Below, piece by piece: positions 10,901 to 24,529 of a stretch of DNA of 64,000 nt. The stretch covers positions 8,825,352-8,889,351 of the forward strand of contig MU053934.1 in assembly GCA_013239625.1 (NCBI GenBank), read 5' to 3'. The notes under the pieces are model-generated. The model searched no databases, was not told the DNA's origin, and saw only the letters and a program-made list of their open reading frames with translations. The DNA comes from Lama guanicoe (taxonomy: Eukaryota). Both the position numbers and the translations under genes were made by a program. Numbering within the stretch: the stretch's first letter is position 1; each line of letters opens with the position of its first letter.

Positions 10901-13900
10901 AAACCCACCGTCTCCAAGCTGACAGGCTATAGAATATTTTGCTTTTTCTTCTCTTTGGACTACTTCTCTCTTACTTACGTTTTATATATTCTTCTTTTGC
11001 ACTAACAAGCCTCACCTGCTTTCACGGGCTACTGAAAGTTCCGTAAGACGCCGGAAGTGAGGCTAAACACTGCCCAGCCTTCAGGTGCTGAAGGCGACGG
11101 CGCGCTCCCTGTCGTGACACTTCTCTAGAAGGTAACTTTCTGACTAATGTCCTAAAAACCTCAGAGGTTACAGTTTCAGAGGAAAACTGCACCTTAATTC
11201 TACTCCCATTTTAAGAGATGTTCACACGCTTCGGCCACCCCCGCGTTATCCAGAAGACAGGCACGTTCTCAGAAAACGGAAGCTGGCCTGACGTAAGGAG
11301 TACCAGCACCCGGCCACCCGGGGATGCTGGGGCCCTGGTTCGGCCCCGCCACTTGTTGCGCCGCTACGTTGTTTCTGATGTCATCTGTGGCTTTGGGAAA
11401 AGCAAGCTCAGAGTCACAGCTTACTGCCGAGTTACCAGGCGCCTCTAAGCATGTTTCAAATTCAGCGTCAGAAGAACCCTTTGGAGGATTTACCCGAGAA
11501 AGGTCGACTGCACGGCACGCTCACGCATCTGTCCTGGGGCAGCACGGTGTCCTCCGTGGCCACGGGGGCCGGCCGGGTGCCTGGGTGGGGCTCCTGCCCC
11601 CTGCTCGCTGTTCAGTCCCGGGCAGTTCCCCCAACCCCTCTGTGGCTGTGTCCTCCTCGGTAAGGGGATAATGACAGTTCCTAAATGTTTAGCACGGTGC
11701 CTGTAAATGCTCGGTGCCACCTAGTGCTGGATATAAATCAGCCACACCACCGTGTGTGTGTGTCCACACGCATCACAGATGATGTGTGATCGCTAAACCA
11801 CCACGGGCACGCGCTTCTAAGATCGGTCAGCACTCTCACGCGTTAGGCAACTGGCCCTCAGCTCCCCTGCGAGGCGGGCAGAACTTGGGTTTGCCTTTTA
11901 CAGACGAGAAGCCCGGCCCACCCAGGGCCCCTAGGAGCGGCGGCTGCTTTCTGGGTCCAGCGGGAGGACCGGGCTCGGCTCCTCACTCTGGAGAGCAGGG
12001 AGGGCTGCCGCACTTCCGCGTGTGTTAGGCGACCTCCTCCTTCCACAGAAGGGCCCCTGGGGCTGCAATTCTCCCAGAACTGATCTCCAGCCTTCAACTC
12101 CACATGACAGGGAAGAAAGCCTGAAGAAAAGGCTGTAATTCAGCCCCTACCTCGTGGGGGCAGCGTTGGGCACCCCCAGCAAATACTCAGAGGGCATCGT
12201 GGAACACTGGGCCGGGCTCGGCTCCCGGCTCCCGGTTCCTGGCTCCCGGCGGCCCTGCGCCAACACTTCGGGGCGGGACCTGCTCTGTGCTGCCCTAAGA
12301 CACTGCTTTGGAACATGAAGTCGTGTAGGGAACTGAGGCACAGCGGAGATGAGCCGGGCACTGTCAGAGAACACAAGAACATTTGCCCCAGCCCCACGGC
12401 TTGTGCCTCCTTGGCCTGGGTGACCGGGGTGTGGGCGGAGGGTAAGCATCCCAACAGCCTGATCCCCGACCTGAGCTGAGCTGTGCAGAAGGGCTGGCGA
12501 TCGCGCTGAAACCCTGGAGACTTCAGTGAGGTAGGTGGTATCAGCCCCACTTACAGGTGGGCAAACTGAGGCAGAATGAAATGCAATAGCTCGCTTTTAA
12601 TAACAGCATACAAAATCTGGAGAAAGCCCCAAAGTAGTCCCCTGTTCCCGGAGCCCAGTGCAAACCCTTGGAGCACACAGAATAGAAACGGATGGGTAAA
12701 CGAGCCCCCTCCTTTCCCTCTTCCCCCCTAAACGTGCAACAGGAATCCTTCAAGTATTCCTGAGGACATAAACTAGAACAGCAGAGGCCCAGCTGACAGC
12801 TTATCCCAGAGGGGTAGCGGAGCCTCTGCTCCTGAAAAGACCCATGGTTCTGAGAGGAGTATAGTGCGCCGTCATCACTGGAAACCTTCAAGCCGGATGG
12901 GGCTGGGCCAGACCTGGACTGGACGGCCGGCCACCACCCCCCCAACAGACCAGACCCGCCACGTGGAAGCCAGTTCCTCTCTGCCTCAGTGACCAGTCTG
13001 AGGAAGGGGGCCAGCACACCCAGTCAAAGGAATGAGGCCTAGGAAACCAGGGAGGATAAGACTCCCCCCACCCCAGCCCCAGGGGACAGAGGTTCTGCCT
13101 GGACCCTTCCCGGGAGGACGCCAACCCCACGTCGCACCATCCGCCCTTTGGCAGAGATTCCACCTTCCCCTCTGGCTACCAAGCCCTCCCACCCGCTTCC
13201 AGTGCTGTGGGGCACACCAGCCGAGGCCCGGACGAGTTATCTCCAGGTTGGAGGTGTGTGTGGTGGTGGTGCTCTTTGGCTGGAAGCAAAGGCCATTCTG
13301 GCGGGATTGGGGCCTGTCTGCCCAGCTCGAGGCCCTTCTGGAACCGGGCGTGGGGTGAGGTATTCCCAGCCCAGAGCAAAACCATCAAACAGCTGTGTTC
13401 CCCAACCCCCGTGGAAACCCACTGATGACCAAGCAGTAAACGAGGGAGGACAGACGATCAGGACTAACTTGGACACTGAAGGCATCGGCACAGCATTATA
13501 CAATCTTAAACCGGGTTTCCTTAGGCGCTGACAGTCTGACGCACTGAATGCTCCTGGCTGGGTGGTCGCCGCTGGCTGTCTGTTGGGATGTGAGCTTCGG
13601 GTCCGCTGGTCTGGACTCTCTCTGGATGCTGGCTGCTCCTCTGCTCTCTCTTACGGCCTCTCGGCATCTCTGGTCCTCTTTGGGTGCGGACGGTTCTCCA
13701 GAGATGGGCTGGCGGGTGATGGGGGGCGGGTGCAGGAGCAGAGCCAGCAGGGGAGGAGGAAGAGGCACTTCAGTTTGGGCTGGTGTTCATGGAGTCGGCC
13801 CTGGCCCCGGGAGTCAGTGGCCCTGCCTGGCTCCGGCTCTGGCGCTGGGTGGTCCCAGAAGACCCCAGTGGCGGTGGGCAGGTAGGCACTTGGCAGCAGG

Positions 13901-13947
13901 CCCAGGCCCAGGCAGGGCTGGGGGCCCCGCGGGGGCTCCGCACACGG
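7960..13947 (-). other. KIAA0930: KIAA0930 3' UTR with several candidate poly(A) sites (extent uncertain)
   Basis: Minus-strand hexamers: ATTAAA 12596-12601 and 9217-9222; AATAAA 9080-9085, 8794-8799, 8046-8051 and 7978-7983; minus-strand TGTACATA (Pumilio-type) at 8297-8304 and 10476-10483. Confidence 0.55.
11714..11730 (-). promoter_or_regulatory. CTCF-like motif
   Basis: Minus strand reads CCAGCACTAGGTGGCAC, one mismatch from the CCACTAGGTGGCAC core. Confidence 0.45.
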
Positions 13948-13988
13948 CTAGGTCATCAGGACGGGCTTCTGCCGCACTTCCAGGATGT
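13948..13988 (-). CDS. KIAA0930: KIAA0930 coding exon 10 (terminal)
   Basis: cctag|AC acceptor; (D)ILEVRQKPVLMT*, TAG at 13950-13948. Confidence 0.93.
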
Positions 13989-14127
13989 CTAGGGCGGTGG
14001 GGGGCAGGGGAGACGAGGAGGTTAACACCCTGAGGGCTCCACTGACGAAGGGGGCCCACGCCCAGCAGTCCACGCGCATTTCCTCTCCCATCCCGCGGGA
14101 AGCACAGTGCTGACAGCACCTGGATCA

Positions 14128-14517
<390 letters not shown>

Positions 14518-15582
14518 TCAGGCCCAGGCAGCAAGGAGAACACCTTCCTCCCCAGGTGACTCCTCCCTGGCCCAGCTCCACCCTCTGCTGGGCGCCTTAG
14601 CACCCTGGCCTGACACCTGGCCCCCCTCCTGCCTCTCTAGCCCAATCCCACTCCTCAGGGCCCATTTCTGCCCCTCCAAGTTCTCCCTGACACCCTTCCC
14701 TCTCTGTGCTGCAGAGTCTTCTCCGTGGGACTCACACATCGCCACACGGTGTCACTTCTCCACTTCCCTCTAGCCTTGTCTGTCACTGGGACAAAGCACT
14801 GCCAGCCTGCAGGGCACAGGGTGAGGCTGGGATGACCCATCACCATCACCCAGTCTTATGGGTCACCAGGGTAGCAGACTGGGGTTATCAATACCCCCCT
14901 ACTGATCTGGAAGCCAGCCGAGCTGAGGAAGGCATTTGCCCAAGCTCACTCAAGAGCAGGTCAAGGCCAGTGCTGTCATCTCCTGGCCCTGGCCCGGGTC
15001 TTGTCCAGCAGGCCCTCTGCCTCTGCCTCTGGGTCCTGGCAGTCGGGACCTTTCAGTGCCGTGGCCCAGCTCCGCCAGTGGCTTCCCGCCGTTCTTACAA
15101 TGAACATGACCCCAGCCCTCCTGCTGCACAGCTGACAGTGGGCCCGTGTTGCACGGAGGGAGCAGCGGGAAGGCGCAGGTTGGCTGGGAGACGCAGCAGA
15201 ATGCGAGTCGGTGAGAACAGGGCTTCTGTGACCCCTGGGCAGAGACACTCAGGAGGCCACCAGATGCACAGGCCCGGGCTCGGGAAGGCCATGCGAGTCA
15301 TGAGAAGGGCAGGGGAGCCCTGAGGGACACCCCACTGGAGGCTCCAGAGCAACACTGAGCTCGTCAGAGACGGCACCGAGGAGGAGAAAAGCCAGCAGAG
15401 GGAGGTGACAAAATGCAGGGATGGACCAGAGAGCTCCTCTCTCAGCAGGCGTTTCTCGCACCCGCAGTGTGAACAGTCAGACCGGCAACATCTGGAAGTC
15501 TCTGAGCCCAGAAATGATGCGCACGCTGCCGCCTGGGCCTTGGCCTCTGAGCGCCAAGAGCACTGGGACGAGAGCTCCTCTA

Positions 15583-15891
<309 letters not shown>

Positions 15892-16399
15892 TCACCAGAG
15901 CGGCCCACCAGCGGGGTCCCAGCGCGCCCCCATCTCCTGCCTCAGACCAAGGAGACCCGCCCTGCTGAGGGCGGCCACCCTGCGGTCCGGTGGGGGACCC
16001 GGGGGAACCCGGCCACCCTCCTGCCGGCCTCACACGCTGGTGAGGGGCTCATTCGAACACAAAGCCAGCCCAGATGCTGACGTGGCTCAAGCACCTGCCC
16101 TGCCACTGAATCCACTGAACCTTCCTGACCACCCACAACACAGGAACAAGCACCAGCCCCATCTGACAAAGAAGAAACCAAGGCGGGACAGTGACCTTGA
16201 CATGCCCAAGTCATTCAGCAGGATGGTGGCCATCCCAGGGTTGCAACCCAGGTCTTCTGCCCCTGAGGCCATGCTCTTCACTCTAATTTCTTCTCTTGGC
16301 CAATATGTCCCCACCCCCTCTCCCCCAGCTTCCTTTCATAGACGTTCACTGGCCATGTGGTCCTTGCTCCCATTTCCTCCTCTCCTCTCTTTCAACCAG

Positions 16400-16713
16400 A
16401 CTGTGAGTCACCAGCAACTCTCCACACCCACTCAGGGCAGCACTAAGCACAGGCTTATGACATTGGTCCCTGCCCTCAAGGAGCTCACAGTCTGCTGGGG
16501 TTGAAGAAAGTGACAACCACAGACTGAATGTTGGTTGCTGAGACAGAAAAAAGGAAGCACAGGATACAGGGGAGCACAGAGGCAAAAGGAATCAACAGCC
16601 TGGGAAATCAGGAAAGGCTTCCCGGAGGAGACGCTGCTCGAGTTGGGTCTTGAAGGACGAGTAGGAGTTCGCTAGGTGAAGAAGGGGGGGAAGGGCGTTC
16701 CAGGCAGAGGGAA
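16400..16713 (-). mobile_element. LINE-2 remnant in KIAA0930 intron 7, overlapping the miR-1249 3p arm
   Basis: Plus strand shows antisense L2 hallmarks: gtccctgccctcaaggagctcacagtct and ggaaaggcttcccggaggag...tcttgaaggacgagtaggagtt...gggcgttccaggcagagggaac. Confidence 0.75.
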
Positions 16714-16738
16714 CTTGGCCCATCTCCTCCCTCCTCCC
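16673..16738 (-). ncRNA. MIR1249: pre-miR-1249 hairpin; 3p mature 16677-16698, 5p mature ~16712-16735
   Basis: Minus strand gives ACGCCCUUCCCCCCCUUCUUCA (recalled miR-1249-3p) and AGGAGGGAGGAGAUGGGCCAAGUU (5p); arms are complementary; intronic and sense to KIAA0930 as in human. Confidence 0.92.
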
Positions 16739-18438
16739 CATGCAAACAAGAATCTGAGGAACAAGGTGAGCTGGGACTGAGACTTCGGGAGTCCCATCAG
16801 CCTCCTCGTCATGGCTCCGACATCCACCAAAGTCCCGGCGGCCGCTGGGCTCCAGATGGTCCTCCCATAAGCCAGGGAAGGTTTTTAAAAGATAAAAAAC
16901 AAACACCAGAAACCACAATACACACAGAGTCTGCATTTGTCATGTGCTGGTTACAAACGACCCCTCTGGAAAAGGGGGACACGTGATGGTGAGCACAGAG
17001 TGGGTGGGGGCCTGAGCAGCCCTGGGAGGTCAGGGCCTGCCACTGACAGCTGCGTGACCCTGGCGAGTCCCTCCCCTTGAGCCCAGGCCTCCCTGCGACT
17101 ATGGGCCGGGGCTTTCACAGGCACCATCTCCTGCACCCCCACAGCCCCCCAAGAGAGAAAGATCATCACCCCTATTTGATGGATGGGAAAAATCAAGGCT
17201 CAGGCAGGTCTAGTAACCCATGTGTGATCACTCGGCAGACATGTGGCTGGAACTGGCTCCCAGGTTTGTCCAGCCCAAGCCCAGGCCACAGCTTCACAGG
17301 GACTTTCACATACACGTTTGTTAGGGTCTCAGTGGGCAATTTAGGACCAGGGAGAAGAATTAGGCTCCTTATCTCAGACATATAAACAATCTTTGTTCCA
17401 AAGACAAGAGAGGCCCTACCTGGAATTCTCACCCATCATCACAAAAAACAGCACTTACTGTTTCTGCTCTGCTTATAAAATACATTCATTGCAGAAAATT
17501 CAAATCATAAAAAGATTTAAAAAAAAAAACGTAGAAAGAAAACCGTCCTCGGACTCCCCGCAGATGTGCGCGGTTAACATGCTCCACAGAATTAAAAGTA
17601 CAGCAGCTCCACTCCCTCGCCTCAGGCGGAGCCGGCACAAACTCCCAGGAGCCATTTTCCCTCCAGCTCTTGAGGGCCCGCCCTGTGAAGCTCCTCTGAG
17701 CACCCCCCATCTCAGGCAGCAGGCGTTTTCACCCCATTTCTGGATGAGCAAACAGAGGCTCAGAGAGGAGAAGGGGCCTGTCCCAGTTCACGCCAGCAGC
17801 AGCGCCTGGATCCCAGCCCACCCGCAAGCCCCTCTCCTGGCAACGAGCAGGGCGAGGCTGCCTCCCTGCCCGCGGTGCCCTGACAGACCAGTCCTCGTCC
17901 AGACCCACAGCTCGGAGCAGCCCCCTTGGGAAGGCCCAACTGGGCCAAAAGCAGCCAGCGGGCTGAAGACTTTGTCCTGCCTGAGCCCTGGGCCACCCCG
18001 GCAGCTCTGGGAGTAAAGCTGCCAACAGTCTCAGTGTCCCACCCCTGGGGAAGGATGGCGGCCTAGAAAGAGCAAGGCTCAAAGGCTCAGTGCTGTCACA
18101 CGGGAGCCGTGTGACCTGAGACAGCACAAGTAAACCCAGCAAGCCTGGGTTCCCAGGTCTGCAGACGGGAAAGCTCACAGCTACCCAAGGGCCACTGGCG
18201 GCCTCCCAGCAGCTCAGGTGCACGAGACTTGTAACAAGCAGCCCAAACAGAGAGAGGGCTGGGCAGCGCCAGGGCCTCTGCGCTCTGGCTGACCCTCACG
18301 GAGGGCTGCCAGCTCATCGTCATCCCACCTCTCTCTCTAGGGAGGCCCACACCCGCCACGTGCCCACACTCACCCAGCAGGTCCACCGAGGCAGGCGCCA
18401 GGACTCTGGAGATGGAGCCCACCTGCAGTGGCAGCCTA

Positions 18439-18933
<495 letters not shown>

Positions 18934-19166
18934 TCACCCACCAGGAAGGGCGGCGCTGGGACGCTGGAGACTTCTGGCTGCCACTCCTCTCAGCCCAGTG
19001 ACCCCGCCCCACGGCAGGCCCAGCACCACGCTGGGGACAGGGCCCCAGCCCAGAGGGACCCCTGCCCCCTTCCTCCCCAGGTCCCAGAGGGAGGACATCC
19101 TCAGGACAGGGCTCAGCTGCGGGACAGCGTCCCATCCACCGGCCTCCTCTCCCTTCAGTTCAGTCA

Positions 19167-19523
<357 letters not shown>

Positions 19524-20335
19524 TCACCTGTCAGCTGCCCACCACCCAAGCCACACCCTGGCTCCCAGCCCCCACCCCTCTTACTAGCCCAGGGCTGTTG
19601 GGGAGGACTGCTCAGAAGCTCCCGTTCTGCAGGTGAACACCGAGCCACAGATGTCCAGATATTTGCCCAAGGCCACCTCCCTTCCTCAGCTCCACTGAGA
19701 CCAGCACAGGAATGGGAACAGCCTACCCACAGGGCAGGGGGCGCGTCTGGAGGGGGGTAGGGGTCTATAACAGTGACCCACATCATTCTTCCTCACGCCA
19801 GGGAGTTAAAACAGTTTTCAGGGACTATCTGGCCCACCATCCAGGACCTCCTCCGCTCTAGCTGCGGGCGCTCAGCCCACCCGCCGCACCCCTCCCCGAG
19901 CCTCGCTGCGCGGGTGCAGCCACCGGCCCGGGGGCCAGACAGACCGCCAGCCCGGGGGGCCTGTGGGGGGCTCGACGTCCCGCCTCGACTTGAGTCATTG
20001 CTCCAGGGCTGCTGTGCAGACCAAGCCTCAGGGTCACACAGACTCAGGGTCAACTCTCAGCTCTGCCACTGAGGAGCTGTGTGAGTCTGGCGCCTAAGAT
20101 GCTTCAAGACACCAACCAAACCAAGAAGAGACCTGAAGCCCCGCCTGCTTCTCCATGAGCCCTCACTCCCTGGGCCGACCGCTCTGCTGGGTGCCCGCTC
20201 CGCCGCCAGGGGTCTGGGCAGAGGGGGGGCGGCCGCGCGGGAGCCTGCAGCATGGGGAGCAGCCCCTGAGCCCCCCGGACCAGGCACCTTCGGTTTCGGG
20301 CTGCAGTTTTCCCACACTTAAAACAGAAGCTTGTT

Positions 20336-20468
20336 GGGGGGAGGCTACAGCTCAGTGGCAGAGCATGTGCTAAGCATGCAGAGGTCCCGGGTTCAATCCC
20401 CTGTACCTCCTCCAAATATAAACAAACACACACAAAATCTAATTACCATCCCCTCATTAAAAAAAAAA
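20336..20468 (+). mobile_element. tRNA-derived SINE, camelid vic-1 type
   Basis: A-box (agctcagtgg), B-box (gggttcaatccc), ctaattacc tail motif and poly(A); imperfect TSD cagaagcttg/cagaggcttg. Confidence 0.8.
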
Positions 20469-20694
20469 CCCAGAGGCTTGGCCCAGATAACTTCTGGAGC
20501 CCCGCCCACCTTGGACATCCTAGGACCCCAAGGCGTGGGGGCCTTGTGCAGAGTTTAAGGGCGACAACGATGACTCGCCCTGCCCGGGCAGCGTGCTCTG
20601 TAGGAGTTTACGATGCATTCTCCCTTCACAAGCTCATCTGATCTTTCAACCCTGACGCTCATTTCACAGATGAGAAAACTGAGGCTCGCAGTCA

Positions 20695-21081
<387 letters not shown>

Positions 21082-21269
21082 CTAGCCCCAGGGACTGCCC
21101 GGGAAGGGGCTGTTCAGGTGACCTGGTCCAGGGCCCTTTGCATGGGACACAGGACCCAGGAAGCTAAATGGCTTTCTGGAGTCAGACTCTCACCTTGGGG
21201 CAGGGAAGTGGGCAGGAGGACTTATCTCCCAAAATAAATTAGCGGGCAGCCAGAGGGCTGGCATCCCTA

Positions 21270-21730
<461 letters not shown>

Positions 21731-23444
21731 CTAGCCATGCGACCCAGAGTTAATCAAGAACTGAGTATCAGAGTCGTCCCGAGGGCCCTGCAGCAGGCTG
21801 GGGGTTCCCAGCCTCTGTCCCACCCACACTGCTGCTCCTCACCTTGCCTACAGGCGGCCTGTCCACCCATCCACCCTCCACCGCTGGTCTAGCGCAGGAA
21901 GCCCTTGGGTCGCTATGGCAACCGGGTACCAGCTGGGCTGCAGGATGGGGAGGGGGCGAGAAGCAGCCCAGGCTTGCCGCAGAGAACCGGCAACGCGCAG
22001 GCGCTGTGTGTAGGCCCAAGGCACGCCTGTCAAGGGCTCCCCTTTCTTTCTGTTCTTCTGAGCAGCGGGGGCAGAGAGATTGCCTGGGAACAGCTGTGTG
22101 GTCTCCCCACTCCCCCTCCCTGTGCACCTCGCACCTCCAAGCCTGTAGGGTCTCCCCACATCGCCGCCCACCTGCTGCTTTCCAAACACTACGGGCTGAC
22201 AGCACTTGGCGCAGCAGGGCAGGGCCCCGTCACATCCCTGCCGCTCTGCACGTGCAGGTCCCTCCACACTCACATCCTTGGCCACTGCTGTCCCCCTCCC
22301 TGTCCTACGACATTCCGGCCAGATGTCACCTCCTCCTCTTTGTGGGTCTCCAGTCACCCTTCATTCTTCCCAGCATCATGGCACCAACCGTTCCACGTAC
22401 CCCTGGCTGGGCTGCCGGACAGGCTGGGCCAGTCTGAGGCATTCTGTGCTCCCAGGGCTCAGTGCAAGTGTTCACTGGAACATTCTAGCACATGAACAGC
22501 TAGAATGCCACATGCTCCCCTGGACTCAGGCGCCCCTCACGGACCTCAACACCTCCCCAGTCTTCAGAAGAGTTCGCACACGGCCCCAGGCCGTTCTGCT
22601 CCAAACTCCTCAGCCCTGAGTCCTGGGGCTTCTCTCCCCAAAAGAAAGAGCCACCATCTGCTGGTTCTTCTCTGCTCCCACCTGGCTGCCCTGGGAACAC
22701 GCATCACTGACTTCTCCTTTCTCTTTCCTGCCCCGCTGGAGAACTCAAAGCACAGTCTGGGTAAGAAAACCCTCCCTGGCTAGAGCCAGGGCCTCTCCTG
22801 GCACTGAAGTCTAAGGTACAGCTGAGAGCCTCAGACGAGCTGCCCCGCCAAGCCCCCTCTGCCCACATTCAGTCATCCAAAGCCCTGCTGGGGAGGCCCA
22901 CTTCCTCAGCCACCCTTCCTGGCCCTGTTCCCTGCCCCCCGCTGGCCCCCCCACTGCTGCCTCTGAGCAGCTTCTGCTCCTGCTCTGATCCCTCCAGTCC
23001 TTCCTCACCCACACCCAAGACCTTGCTAAATGGAACTCTGACCATGCTGCCTTCCTCAGTTTATCAGGCTCAGTGGTTTCCCAGGGTTCTGGGGATAAAA
23101 CTCAAATCCCTGGGCACCACCTTCAGTGCCCACGTGAGCTGCTCCCCACCCGCCTCATTTCCCGGGATCCTCAGCTTTCCACCCTCAGCTGCACAGAACC
23201 ACCAGCAGCCCCTGTCTCCACGGACTCCTACACCCTCAGGCCCAGCTTGGCCAGCGTCCCCTCTGCCAGGGAGCACCTTTCCCCCTCCTTTCAGACTCAC
23301 TTCACCCAAGTGGCCTCTGCTGACCCCTCCCCTGCCTTCTGGTCACTATAGTTACCATGCTGTGTTAGCTCTATGCGATGTACGTCTGGGTCCCAGTGCC
23401 CACTGGCCCTGGTGACAACACGGTCACACAGAGCAGCTGTTTCA

Positions 23445-23486
23445 GACACCAGATGGACACCAGATGGACACCAGATGGACACCAGA
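23445..23486. repeat. 11-bp tandem repeat (gacaccagatg) x3.8
   Basis: Directly visible in KIAA0930 intron 2. Confidence 0.9.
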
Positions 23487-24076
23487 GGACCCAAGCCCAC
23501 TCTGGCTCTTCCTGCCTGTCACGCAGCCCAGCCAGACCAGCCACATGGCTGCCGGCACACAAGCCGCCATGTCTCCTTTGCCGTCCGTGTGCAGGAAACC
23601 TGTCCTGCACACTTCGGGCTGAAAGCACAGGCAGGGAAGGTGAGAGCCCCGCTGACACGGCCCGGGGGTCACCAGGCACGCTGCAAGTTCCAGACCCGCC
23701 CCCACAACGTGTGTCTGTGTCTGGCATGCAGGATCCTTAAACGTTTTACAGACCACTAAAGCTTCTGGAAAACATGCGAAGTTTGTTTTGTTAACTCCTC
23801 TGCATGCTTAAACTTAGCGGATGAACACCTGAGGTAAGTCACTCCGCCTGGGAGCCCTCGCTTTCCTCTTCTGTGAAGAGGGAACTGGTAACACCCGCCC
23901 TGCCAAGCGGCTGGGCAGACACAAGGAGACCAAGCAGCAGAGAGCGCAGCACTGAGCCTGGTCCGTGGTGAGGGCTCGGACTGGCAGGCGTCTGCATCCA
24001 CAGGGCTGGGTCACCTGCCCATGGCCAGGGAGGACTCCGGACTCTGGGGGCAAATCTTTGCTCTCCCATTCATTTA

Positions 24077-24529
<453 letters not shown>

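Noticed and set aside
20336..20410. Possible tRNA gene (also at 43878-43950 and 33995-34061)
   Set aside because: The tRNA-like head is followed by a shared SINE body and A-rich tail, with TSD-like flanks at 20336 and 43871; these are SINEs
23445..23486. Possible CRISPR-like repeat
   Set aside because: Contiguous 11-bp tandem units without unique spacers, in a mammalian intron
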